A stretch of 64,000 nt of DNA from positions 235,478,001 to 235,542,000 of the forward strand of contig CM097885.1 in the NCBI GenBank assembly GCA_044892525.1. Reading direction: 5' to 3'. Position numbers and translations under genes: made by a program. The notes under the pieces were generated by a model, which saw only the letters and a program-made list of their open reading frames with translations, was not told the DNA's origin and did no database searches. The stretch is from Schmidtea polychroa (Eukaryota). Position 1 is the first letter of the stretch. Each line of letters opens with the position of its first letter. This document shows positions 1-9,960 of this stretch, piece by piece.

Positions 1-3000
1 AAAGATCTACTAACACAATACCATGACGGAAGACTCGGAGGACATATGTCATCTAAAAAGACGTTGGCACGAATGAAACAAAAATATTTTTGGCCTACAT
101 TGACCGAGGATGTAACGGAATGGGTGAAAAATTGCATAACTTGCGCAACCAGAAAAAACACGGGAACAAAATGGAAGGCACCATTAAAGCCAATGCCAGT
201 ACCAGCAGAACCAATGACAATGATATCAATGGACGTAGTCGGTCCACTACCAGAATCAGATAGAGGAAATATATATATATTGGTAATCACAGATTATTTG
301 ACAAAATTCCCCGAAGCATTCGCAATGGCAGATCAGAAAGCAAGAACAATCGCAAAAATATTAGTAGAGGAAATATGTTGTCGATATGGAACGCCGAAAC
401 AAATACTGACGGATCAAGGAACGAATTTCATGAGCGAAATAATGAGCGAAGTCACCAACTACTTCAAGATCGCAAAATTAAGAACATCACCGTACCATCC
501 ACAAACTAATGGTATGACAGAAAGATTCAATGGAACACTGATTCAAATGTTATCAAATTATGTCGATCGTCATCAACGAGACTGGGATGAATATATAAAA
601 TTATGTCTAATGGCTTACAGAATGTCGATTCACGCGTCCACAAAGATGAGTCCGTTCAAGTTGATGTACGGCAGAGAATGCAATATGCCAATGGATTTAG
701 AATATCAGCCACCGATATCACAATACATGGAAATAGACGATTATGTAACCAAGTTCAAGGAAAGAATGCAGGAAATCTGGGAAACCGCAGGATTGAATAT
801 AAAATTTTATCAAGAAAGTTACAAAGAGTTACATGATAGAAAGAAAAACGTCAAACAGCATACGTTTCAAACAGGCGATTGGGTGATGATTGAAACACCA
901 GAATTAATTCCAGGAACCACCAAAAAATTACAACGAAACGGTAAAGGGCCGTATGAGATTCTATTCGTCGGAGAAACTAATGTAAGAGTACGATTAGTGA
1001 ACAACCCTTTTACAAGACCAATATACGTAAATGTTGCACGATGTAAGCCAATTCCGAAAACCGCCACCAGTCAGCCAGAAGGACGTACACTAACGACAAG
1101 ATCACAAACGTATAGAATAAACATGTTACAGCAAATAAACGAACCAACAGGTAATCGATTAGGGTTACAACCATCAGAAGCCGAGAAAATCATAAAGGAA
1201 GTAAAAGTTAAAATGCCCGGATGGGCAGAAGACAGATTAGATTTTGAGATATTGGGAGGTCTGCTAACAATGATCGAAAATTATGCAAACCGAGAAAGAA
1301 CACACCCATTGCTCAGGGTAGTTAAAAGTCAATGGCCTATATTATTCACGATCACAGACCATTACGGAGACACACCCCTGCACAAGCTTTTAAAGGTGGG
1401 TAGTAACGAACAGATATTAGAAACAATTGAAGCATTTCGCGATTGTAACATTTCGACAGATCAAGAAAACAACCAAGGTTACACTCCACTAATGATAGCA
1501 GCCAATCGGGATAAAGCTAAAGATATTATCATCGCATTACTTGAAACTGGGTCAAAGATAACCACACAAGACCACAACCAGAAAAATGCACTACATCATG
1601 CAATCGAAGGGAAAAGTACGGAAGCCTTCATAATCTTAGTAGATCTATTATCATATGAGGATAATAGAGAGATAGGAAACATGTATGACGGGCTATTAAC
1701 TGCAATCAAAGAGAAATTAATAACAATTACTGGAATACTAATTGCATGGAGGAACCCGATCAAAAACGATTATATGGTAGATATAAACGAAACATTTACC
1801 AAAGGAGAAAATACCTTGATGAGAGAAGCGATGAGAGGACATCACCTATTCGAAATTCCAAATCAACTACTACAACGTGGCATAAAGTTCTCAAATCACA
1901 AAGACGAACAACTAATCAGAAAACGAATTATCAACTTCGAAAAAGCTATATCTCAATTTACCGATAAAGTACAAGTAAAATTTTGGGAAACCGTGAGTGT
2001 ATTATATATGATGGAAAATATGAACAACATTCGAGAAACTTACCTAAGCATTATTCAAGTTCTAACGGCAGAGGAACGCATTAACAATTCGAACAAGAAA
2101 AAGATAAAAAGGAAGAAAGTAAAAGCAAGAGAGTCTGAGGAACAAGTCGATCAACCAATAACCGATATAGCAACAACAAGTAAACCAAAGACAATAAACT
2201 CCGACCAAGAGATAGTAGTACGTAAGGCTAAAGAAGTATTCTTTGAAGAAATGCAAGATCTATCCGATGAAGCGATACTAGCAAAAATAACCAAAACAGT
2301 ACACACCTACGCAAGAGATCAGACCACAAATCTAGACATAGGAAAAATAAAAACATTTATACCACTAGCATTCACCTTACCAACAAAAGACTCAAGAACA
2401 CCATTACAACAAGCCATTTTAGCAGCAAAAGAAAACAGAGCAATAACCATCATAAGAATCCTTAGAGACTTCGGAGAAGAATCTAATGCAAAAAATGAAC
2501 AAGGAGAAACAGCAATGATGTATGCAGCCATAACAAATATACACCCGAAAACATTACATATACTACATCGATCGGGATCAAGACTTGACGAAATATCAAA
2601 CGAAGGAAATTCTGCCATGGATTGGGCAACAATACAACCAAACTTGGAAATGATTAGATTCATTTGTAAAAATGCTACAAGAACTGAGGTAGAAAATATC
2701 TGTAAAAACACGTCACAGTTCCAATGGAACACGATACGGATGAACTTAGAAGCCATGAAGTTGCTGCTAACATGGAGAATACCACAAAGCAATAAATATG
2801 CAATAAATATAAATGAGTTCTACGAAAACGGAGAAAATGCTATGGTTAAAAATACACTAACAAAAGGAGGAACTCCGAAAATCATAATGATCGTATTAAA
2901 CAGGGAAGATCTCAAATTCACGCAGAATCTAAACGAACAAAAGCGAATCGGGAAACATCGTCGGATACAATTAAGAGAATTAGTGAAAGAATGGAATAGA

Positions 3001-4359
3001 AAGAGACATGTAGCAACAGGCAGAAAGGAGTTCGAACTCGAAGCAAAATTAGCAAGAAACAGAGTGCTAACGGCATACCGCAGATTGTTGAATGATATAA
3101 ATGTCGAGGACGACATTTTAAACGATAGCGGGGGAGATAAAGACGATAAAGACGATAAAGACGACGATAATAATGAAAAAGGTCGAAACGGGAATAAAGA
3201 GAAAGAGAAATCAGAGGAGAATAATCAAGAAAATAACGACGCGAGTAGGAAAAAAGAGGAAAATAACCCGAGAAACCGAATGAAGCAAGAAGAAAAGACG
3301 AATAGTGGAAAACAGAGGGTATGCCTACTTTTTACCAACAAAGAAATGGAGACAAATATGATGATAATGATACTCGTACTAACAATGGTGGAAATGATAA
3401 CAGCCCAGGGAGGAATGAGAACGATAAAAGAAGCCAAAGAAACGGAAAATAAGGACAACAAAGAGGAAGAACTAAAACAAGAAAAGAAAAAACAAGTACA
3501 AGAGCAGCAATGGGATCTAAAAGAAGAATGGGATTTAAAAGAAAGGTGTATATTAGGAAGATGTATGTCTAGAGCTTATCAGAGACTAGTGTTAAAAAAT
3601 GAAGATGCAGAACCAATAACGGAAGTAAGAATACAAGAAGCATACCGAAATCGAGAAGGAAAGAGAATAACGAAAGTCAAAGGGAAGGAGGTACACCTGG
3701 GAAAAGGAGGTGAGGTAGTGATAACGCAACTCCAGCCAAGAAAAGAACACAAAGTCTGCATCGCAAGATTAAGACCGGGTGAAGACTGTCTACAATATGT
3801 AATACAGCAACAACCTCCAAAAGAATACACAATATGCATCTGGAGAAAAGATACAGCGAGAGAATGTCGACGATACCCTGGGAAAAGAGGGAAGAAAAGA
3901 AAAATCGATGATGAAAAAGATGAGCAAGGAAAACGCAAGAAAAACAGTGAGAAACATCAAGACAATTATGTATCCGAGGAGGAGATGGAGAAAATACAAA
4001 AAATGGCAAAGGAAGGTATGAACGAGGAAATAGCAAGAATACGAGGAATGATGAAAGGAAATGGCAAAGACGGTAATCTAAAAAGCACAGAAGCAATATC
4101 AACAATAACGAGCAAGGAAAAAGCGGAAATTATAAGCATAAAACAGATGATGTGGATCAGCGGCATAATAATAACAGGGGCCTTTTTAATCATAACGGGG
4201 GGGACAATAAAAATAATCAAAGATAGACGGCATCACGGAGAACTAGAAATGGCCAGAATAAGAAATTTTCAACATCGTGTAAAACGACCAAGTAATATCA
4301 AGCAGGAACAGTGGGTGGAGGCCTGGAATGCTCAGCGCCCTCCAAGCTCACGTATATAG
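1..4359 (+). CDS. Pol polyprotein C-terminal part: integrase fused to two ankyrin-repeat modules, a charged linker, an internal signal-like segment, a Cys-containing ectodomain and a TM helix (5'-partial)
   Basis: Frame is open from base 1 (KDLLTQYHDGRLGGHM...CITC zinc-binding motif). Core motifs MDVVGPLP, TDQGTNF, YHPQTNGMTERFN and GKGPYEI. Ankyrin motifs GDTPLH, GYTPLM, KNALHHA, RTPLQQA, GETAMMYA, GNSAMDWA. Hydrophobic MMIMILVLTMVEMITA (~3358-3405) and MMWISGIIITGAFLIITGGTIKII (~4147-4218). Confidence 0.9.
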   Translation, partial: KDLLTQYHDGRLGGHMSSKKTLARMKQKYFWPTLTEDVTEWVKNCITCATRKNTGTKWKAPLKPMPVPAEPMTMISMDVVGPLPESDRGNIYILVITDYLTKFPEAFAMADQKARTIAKILVEEICCRYGTPKQILTDQGTNFMSEIMSEVTNYFKIAKLRTSPYHPQTNGMTERFNGTLIQMLSNYVDRHQRDWDEYIKLCLMAYRMSIHASTKMSPFKLMYGRECNMPMDLEYQPPISQYMEIDDYVTKFKERMQEIWETAGLNIKFYQESYKELHDRKKNVKQHTFQTGDWVMIETPELIPGTTKKLQRNGKGPYEILFVGETNVRVRLVNNPFTRPIYVNVARCKPIPKTATSQPEGRTLTTRSQTYRINMLQQINEPTGNRLGLQPSEAEKIIKEVKVKMPGWAEDRLDFEILGGLLTMIENYANRERTHPLLRVVKSQWPILFTITDHYGDTPLHKLLKVGSNEQILETIEAFRDCNISTDQENNQGYTPLMIAANRDKAKDIIIALLETGSKITTQDHNQKNALHHAIEGKSTEAFIILVDLLSYEDNREIGNMYDGLLTAIKEKLITITGILIAWRNPIKNDYMVDINETFTKGENTLMREAMRGHHLFEIPNQLLQRGIKFSNHKDEQLIRKRIINFEKAISQFTDKVQVKFWETVSVLYMMENMNNIRETYLSIIQVLTAEERINNSNKKKIKRKKVKARESEEQVDQPITDIATTSKPKTINSDQEIVVRKAKEVFFEEMQDLSDEAILAKITKTVHTYARDQTTNLDIGKIKTFIPLAFTLPTKDSRTPLQQAILAAKENRAITIIRILRDFGEESNAKNEQGETAMMYAAITNIHPKTLHILHRSGSRLDEISNEGNSAMDWATIQPNLEMIRFICKNATRTEVENICKNTSQFQWNTIRMNLEAMKLLLTWRIPQSNKYAININEFYENGENAMVKNTLTKGGTPKIIMIVLNREDLKFTQNLNEQKRIGKHRRIQLRELVKEWNRKRHVATGRKEFELEAKLARNRVLTAYRRLLNDINVEDDILNDSGGDKDDKDDKDDDNNEKGRNGNKEKEKSEENNQENNDASRKKEENNPRNRMKQEEKTNSGKQRVCLLFTNKEMETNMMIMILVLTMVEMITAQGGMRTIKEAKETENKDNKEEELKQEKKKQVQEQQWDLKEEWDLKERCILGRCMSRAYQRLVLKNEDAEPITEVRIQEAYRNREGKRITKVKGKEVHLGKGGEVVITQLQPRKEHKVCIARLRPGEDCLQYVIQQQPPKEYTICIWRKDTARECRRYPGKRGKKRKIDDEKDEQGKRKKNSEKHQDNYVSEEEMEKIQKMAKEGMNEEIARIRGMMKGNGKDGNLKSTEAISTITSKEKAEIISIKQMMWISGIIITGAFLIITGGTIKIIKDRRHHGELEMARIRNFQHRVKRPSNIKQEQWVEAWNAQRPPSSRI

Positions 4360-4527
4360 AAAGGATTATGACTGTATATAGATTGTAAAAAGTAAGTAGG
4401 AAATATTTATTTATATAACAGTATTCTATATTTTTATATAAGCGCGGTATCAATAGTATATAATGATGGGGATAATTAATATGAAAATAAAATTAGATAA
4501 GGATTGAAAAGTATATATAAATTAAGA

Positions 4528-4887
4528 ATGGAGCGAATAGGCGAGGAAGTAAACCACAGTACAACAACCGAGGAGATGTGGAAACAACAATGTGCAATGT
4601 TAACTCAAGTGATTTCGAATTTACAGGAACAAGGACTCGCTGTACAAAGAAGCTTAGTCGAAAGTTTAAATAAAGGCTTCAATTATGTAAGAATAATCGA
4701 AGACCAACGAATGAAAATAGAACAAATGCAGCGAGAGATAGACCGAATATCACGATACAGCCAGGTGCAAGAAGAGGAGTTAATAAGAATCGCGGAAGAG
4801 ATGGAGCGAGAGGAGATAGAAGACTGGTCAGAATGGTTAACCAACAGGGAAGAGGGCGGACAAGAGGCCGACTCTTCCAGCCAATAA
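4528..4887 (+). CDS. Accessory ORF, small coiled-coil/acidic protein of unknown function
   Basis: First ATG at 4528 (ORF track starts at TTG 4504). Heptad-like E/Q/R-rich sequence with the same A-rich codon bias as neighbouring ORFs. Confidence 0.6.
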   Translation: MERIGEEVNHSTTTEEMWKQQCAMLTQVISNLQEQGLAVQRSLVESLNKGFNYVRIIEDQRMKIEQMQREIDRISRYSQVQEEELIRIAEEMEREEIEDWSEWLTNREEGGQEADSSSQ

Positions 4888-4976
4888 ATATAACCTAAAA
4901 TAGCAATGTAAATAAATGTAAATAAAAATACGAAACTGTACCAGTAACGAATATATGTATATATATAATTATAGAA

Positions 4977-6365
4977 ATGGATAAGCGACAACGAGAAGAA
5001 TTCAGAGAAATTGTTGAACAAATCAGAAAGTCCACCACAATTCGAATACACAACCATGTAACGTGTGGAATATGCAAGAGCTTATTAAGAGAACCTCACC
5101 AAACCAGATGTGGATGCAGAATGTGCAGAGAATGTGTAGAGGAGATAATAAAGAAGGGACCACAATGGTGCCCAGTATGCAAAGAAACAATGATAACAAG
5201 TTTGGGAGATACAAACGAAGATAAAGCAGCTGTAAAAGATATGTTGAATGCAAACCTAGGATGTAAAAACACCCCATGTAATTGGCGAGGAGTGATATGG
5301 GAAGTGAGGCAACATATGGAGCAATGTGAGTATAAAATCAGTCAATGCAAACGTTGCCAAGAAGAGATTAAAGTCAATGAAGAAGCAGAACATCAAAGTC
5401 GATGCGAAGAAAGACTAGAGAAATGCGAGTATTGCGGAGAAAACGACACCTGGAAGAAACTAATCAGTCAACATCACAACATACAAGAGGAGAAAGTGTG
5501 CGCAGAATTCAGAGGAGAATGCCCCAACAAATGCGATAAACCCGGAGTAATAAAACTCGCTCAACATCTAAAAGAGTGTGAAAGAAAAAAGATAACGTGT
5601 GTGCTAGGAAAATGGGGATGTCCGAAACAATTACACCGAGGGGAATTACCCCAACATCTAGCAGAAAACGTATCAACACACGCGGAAATATGGTCAACGG
5701 TATTACAGGAAAACGAAAGGAAAACCGAAAACTTAGAAAGAGAAATAGTCTCGCTAAAAGCGTTGGTAAAAGAACTATTGGAAGAAAAGGAAGCATTTGA
5801 AGAGGCGAGAACAAGTACAAAGATACAGACAGATCTAGTAGAAACTAGCAACATTATGGTGAAAGAACTACATCAAAAAGTAAGCGAATTAAACCTCAAC
5901 GAATTAATACCTACGGCTCCGTACATATGGAAAATAACGGGAGTAAAAGAGAAGATGCAGAGAGCGAGAAATGGAAAGGATACAACATTACTAAGTCCAG
6001 CATTCTACTCATGGAAAAACGGGTATAAAATGAAAATGAAAGCATACCCCAATGGGGATGGAAGTGCATACGGAACGCATTTCTCAGTATTCTTCTTGAT
6101 GTGCAAAGGGCCATACGACGAGTTAATAGAATGGCCATTCAAAGCAAAAATAGACCTCGCAATGATGAACTATCAAAGTATACACGAACAGAGTTTCCAT
6201 ACAGCGGGAAACCTCGTATGTTACCAAAGGCCCTTGGAAGAAGAAGGACCAGCAACTGGAGCACCAAATTTCATCCTACAGCGGAAAGTAGAAGACATGA
6301 CGAGAAACGACACTATATACATGAAAATAGCGGTGAGGCGAGACGGGAAGAGTAGGACTGAGTAG
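4977..6365 (+). CDS. TRAF-family protein (RING + TRAF zinc fingers + coiled coil + MATH), intronless, carried by the retroelement
   Basis: RING CGIC..EPHQTRCGCRMCREC..CPVC. TRAF-type zinc fingers (CKNTPCNW, CEYC, CPNKC, CVLGKWGC). MATH motifs YIWKITG, LLSPAFYS, GYKMKMKAYPNGDG, HFSVFF, KGPYDELIEWPF. Confidence 0.92.
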   Translation: MDKRQREEFREIVEQIRKSTTIRIHNHVTCGICKSLLREPHQTRCGCRMCRECVEEIIKKGPQWCPVCKETMITSLGDTNEDKAAVKDMLNANLGCKNTPCNWRGVIWEVRQHMEQCEYKISQCKRCQEEIKVNEEAEHQSRCEERLEKCEYCGENDTWKKLISQHHNIQEEKVCAEFRGECPNKCDKPGVIKLAQHLKECERKKITCVLGKWGCPKQLHRGELPQHLAENVSTHAEIWSTVLQENERKTENLEREIVSLKALVKELLEEKEAFEEARTSTKIQTDLVETSNIMVKELHQKVSELNLNELIPTAPYIWKITGVKEKMQRARNGKDTTLLSPAFYSWKNGYKMKMKAYPNGDGSAYGTHFSVFFLMCKGPYDELIEWPFKAKIDLAMMNYQSIHEQSFHTAGNLVCYQRPLEEEGPATGAPNFILQRKVEDMTRNDTIYMKIAVRRDGKSRTE

Positions 6366-6585
6366 AGAGACGAATAATTTTGTATATACTAATTGTAAAT
6401 ATCGGCGTATATATCCAGTAAAATATTATATAGTAGTGTAGAAAAATTCCCCCCAAATCTACCAAAGGTAAACTTAAGCGAAAAACTCCTAAAACAACTC
6501 CTATAACGAATTATAAAAATAAATAAATAATAAACCAGATATAAGCGTACAACGTTAAGTTAATGATATCGTTATTTAGACAAAG

Positions 6586-7623
6586 ATGACACAAGAAGGA
6601 ACTGAAGCCCCAAACCACGAAACCAAAGTCAATAAAATCCATAAGGGAAAATGGGTCAAAGTAATGTTACAATTGACGAACCAGACCCACAACCATCTCG
6701 AAGAGGCCAGGGAATACGAGAATAACAAATATCAGTGGTTAGTAAACAATTTAAGAGCCGAAGCAGAAGCATGCAAAAGAGCCTCTAAGTGGGCATCATT
6801 GGAAAACACTCGCCAAGAAGCGCACAGCCACTATTTAAAACAGTTAGTGCAGGAAGCACGGAAACGATTGACGGACGAAAACACAAAACGAGAAGCAGAA
6901 AAACAAAAGGAAGGAAGGAAAATGAATCACCTATTGGCAGAAGCCCGAAACTGGAAGCGGCAGAACAAAGAGATGAAAAAAGAAATGAAAGAATTGCCTA
7001 TGAGATTAGAATACGAAAGCGAACAAGGCAAATGGGAGGAAAATCTGGTCATAAGAGAAGAACTGAAACGGCTCAGAAAGATTGCGGCCCGAAGCCAAAC
7101 ATGGCAGACCAAAGCCATGGAATTTGAAAGACATCTAGCCATGAAAATCTCCATAAGGGAGCACGAGAATGCCGCAATGGAAGAACTGATACTTCAACAG
7201 TCAGGACGACTCGTGGAACTGGTGAATAAGGTCGCAGAACTAGAACGAGATGTCAACGGATACCAAGGAGCTCTGGAGCAGAGAAATATGGTACTGGCGG
7301 GGAAAAACAAAAAGTTAGAAAACGAAAGGAAAATGTATAACGAAAATCTTAAAAATCTGGAGATAGAGATCAAGAAATGGGAAAACGGCGAAAAAGCGGA
7401 AGAGCTAGAAAAACAGATAGAGGTAAGAGACGATGAAACCAGGTATCTAACATACCTGTTGGACGAGGAACTTAACGTGTCAAGAGCACTAAGAGACGAA
7501 GTGCAAGAACTTAGAGCGCAGATTCCCCGGTACTACATCCCATTTGATCCCATCGCACTCCAATTACAAACGTCAGTAGAAAGCGATGAGGGATATGTAG
7601 GCCAGGAAGAGACCTTTGTATAA
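6586..7623 (+). CDS. Accessory ORF, long coiled-coil protein (345 aa), unknown function
   Basis: Uninterrupted ORF with E/K/R/L heptad pattern, co-oriented within the element. Confidence 0.7.
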   Translation: MTQEGTEAPNHETKVNKIHKGKWVKVMLQLTNQTHNHLEEAREYENNKYQWLVNNLRAEAEACKRASKWASLENTRQEAHSHYLKQLVQEARKRLTDENTKREAEKQKEGRKMNHLLAEARNWKRQNKEMKKEMKELPMRLEYESEQGKWEENLVIREELKRLRKIAARSQTWQTKAMEFERHLAMKISIREHENAAMEELILQQSGRLVELVNKVAELERDVNGYQGALEQRNMVLAGKNKKLENERKMYNENLKNLEIEIKKWENGEKAEELEKQIEVRDDETRYLTYLLDEELNVSRALRDEVQELRAQIPRYYIPFDPIALQLQTSVESDEGYVGQEETFV

Positions 7624-7797
7624 AGATAAAAGGAAAGATAAAAAATATAAAAATCGGGACCTGTATCCCAACCAAAAAAATTAATGGTACAGTAAAAGTA
7701 TGAAAGGGACTGTAACCCTGATTATAAAATAACATATAAATGTATAAGTATAAGCCGCACTGTAGCGCAATTATTAATTATGTATATATTATAGAAA

Positions 7798-8499
7798 ATG
7801 AACACTGAAAACGGACAACCCAGCATAACATCTATAATCGAGTTAGAAGAGGGAGAAATTGAAGTTGATGAAGTGGAGAGGAAGAAAACTATCCAGGAAG
7901 AATTACAAGAAGAGAGACAGGAAAACGAAAGATTAGTTGAAAGGTGGAGAGATAATCGAAAAATGATTAAAGTATTGAAAAGAGAATATATCTTGTTAGA
8001 AGGAGTAAAGAAAGAAGTAGAGGAAGAAAACGAATGGCTTCACGAGCAAAGAAAGCGAGGGAGAAATTGGGAAAAGATCGCGGAAGAATTATGGCAGGAG
8101 AAGGCCAGTCGAAAGGCCGACGAAGTGATTAGTGACTATTGGAAAACCGAGGCACGGAAACACCAAGAAAGCCTGAAAGAGTTACAACTCCAACTACACC
8201 AAAAACAGAAAGAATGTGAGATAATGAGACGAATGAACAACAAATACCAGGAAATAGACAACGAAGAAGACGGGGAAAGGGAAAATGATTTTCTACAGAT
8301 AATGAACCATAAAAACCTCGAAAGAGCAACACAAGAAATAAAAGCACTAAAAGAAAAAATAATAACCCTAAGGCAACAGTTAGACGAAAGAGACAAACAA
8401 TTAAAAGTACTACCCGAATTGAGAAAACGAGTAATAAAAGCAGAAACGAGAGTGATGAGAACATCCGAGAAAACCCGTAAAAAGAAAACCCGGCAATAA
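7798..8499 (+). CDS. Accessory ORF, coiled-coil protein (233 aa) with basic C-terminus
   Basis: Uninterrupted charged heptad ORF ending KTRKKKTRQ. Preceded by the same TTATAGAA(A)ATG context as the TRAF ORF. Confidence 0.7.
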   Translation: MNTENGQPSITSIIELEEGEIEVDEVERKKTIQEELQEERQENERLVERWRDNRKMIKVLKREYILLEGVKKEVEEENEWLHEQRKRGRNWEKIAEELWQEKASRKADEVISDYWKTEARKHQESLKELQLQLHQKQKECEIMRRMNNKYQEIDNEEDGERENDFLQIMNHKNLERATQEIKALKEKIITLRQQLDERDKQLKVLPELRKRVIKAETRVMRTSEKTRKKKTRQ

Positions 8500-8554
8500 T
8501 TAAAGATGAATGATCAATGTAAATAATTGTAAATAAAAATTTTCGTATAGTAGT

Positions 8555-9181
8555 ATGTGGTTCGGAGCAACCCTGGTGACAATAATGATGATAGCGATAA
8601 ACGGAATACCCATGTGGCAGCCAATCCCAACATTCTGGGAGAATCCCGAGAAACAGCAAAACCCGTTAACCAAACTGAAAAGCGAAAGAAAGCTCTCCAA
8701 CAACATCCCGAAACAATGCTGGAACAAAGCCGTCTGGCAAAAACTTCAAATGCAACTCCACCTACAAACCCAAAAAATCGAACAGCTCGAAATTCTCTTA
8801 CAAGAACAAACCACCCAACAATCCTTGAAGGAAATCATCATGAAGAAGGAAGTAAAAGAAAGCCAAGTCTTACTCTATACTACCATCAGTGAAACCCTTA
8901 TCATCTGCGCACTAGTCATCTGGAAAGCGTATGATATTCATCGAACATGGAGAAGAAACCAGTCACTATCCGAGAAACACGAAAGAAAGAACCCACGATC
9001 GAAAAATAAACATAAACGAGCAGTACATTTTCAACAACCAAACCCACCCGACCAAATGCAACAAAATCTATCTCCTGACCAAATGCCTGTTACAATCCAG
9101 CTCCCCACGATAACAACTTCAACCAGCCATCCGACCCAGAATTCAACCAACCAAGACATTCCGAACCTTGAGATCATGTGA
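8555..9181 (+). CDS. Accessory ORF, predicted single-pass membrane protein (signal peptide, coiled coil, TM, Q/P/T-rich tail)
   Basis: N-terminal MWFGATLVTIMMIAING. Heptad LQMQLHLQTQKIEQLEILL. Hydrophobic ISETLIICALVIWKAY followed by basic residues. Confidence 0.7.
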   Translation: MWFGATLVTIMMIAINGIPMWQPIPTFWENPEKQQNPLTKLKSERKLSNNIPKQCWNKAVWQKLQMQLHLQTQKIEQLEILLQEQTTQQSLKEIIMKKEVKESQVLLYTTISETLIICALVIWKAYDIHRTWRRNQSLSEKHERKNPRSKNKHKRAVHFQQPNPPDQMQQNLSPDQMPVTIQLPTITTSTSHPTQNSTNQDIPNLEIM

Positions 9182-9374
9182 CATCGACCATTCATAAACT
9201 TTGTGTGTATAAATCCGGTCACCTAAAGTGGCCACTGCTTGCTTATATTTGTCCTTTTATCTGTTTAATTAAAGTATTATTTAGTTATTTTAATTTTATG
9301 TTTGTGTGAATGTTGACCGTGAAATTAGTTGTTATGCCGAAAAAAGGTATGAGTTAAACGTATGATATTATGTG

Positions 9375-9412
9375 AATTGCGGGGCGCAATTTTAACGGGC
9401 CCCGGAGTGATT
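9375..9412 (+). promoter_or_regulatory. Pre-LTR hairpin and atypical polypurine-tract region
   Basis: AATTGCG-GGG-CGCAATT stem followed by TTAACGGGCCCCGGAGTGATT, immediately before TGTTGG. Position matches a Gypsy PPT, but the tract is only partly purine. Confidence 0.5.
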
Positions 9413-9915
9413 TGTTGGGCTAAAACGTGGAGTTTCGAAAACTGGAGCGAATAGAAAAGTAATCCTTGAAAAATAAACGAAATAAAATAAAAATATAAAG
9501 TACCATCAAATTCTCGCTAATAAATCAAAAAGGAACAATAAAATATCAATAAGAGAATAAGAATAAGTAAAACAAACTAAATAAAACCCAATAAACCCCT
9601 TGAGATTTAGAAATAAAGCGATTTAGGACCCAGCAGATGAAATAGAATAAAATAAGTAAAAAAGTGACAACAAATAAAAGAGAAATTTAAGAAATAAATA
9701 AAAAATAAAACTATCTTTAAGTCTAATTAAAACAAAAAATTATATTACAATAAAGTAGCAATAAATCCACAGGAAAAATAGGAGGAAAATAATAAAAATA
9801 AGAAAATAAATAAAATAATAATAGGAAATAAGTTAAGTCATTAAAATCTAATATATTATAATAAAAAACATAAAAATAATAATAAATAGTAAAAATACAA
9901 ACAAGTCGTGTCCTG

Positions 9916-9938
9916 ATTGGACGAAAAATAATATATAA
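9916..9938 (+). promoter_or_regulatory. Putative LTR Pol II promoter: inverted CCAAT (ATTGG) and TATA box
   Basis: CTGATTGGACG...ATATATAAGG at the end of the A-rich U3-like segment. Confidence 0.5.
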
Positions 9939-9960
9939 GGAACGGAAAATATCTGTAGAT

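Noticed and set aside
7575..7605. beta-TrCP degron-like SDEGYVG in the 345-aa ORF
   Set aside because: It does not match DSGxxS and is too short to distinguish from chance.
2062..8727. Many F/L/S-rich minus-strand ORFs
   Set aside because: They are antisense shadows of A-rich coding sequence with no independent motifs.
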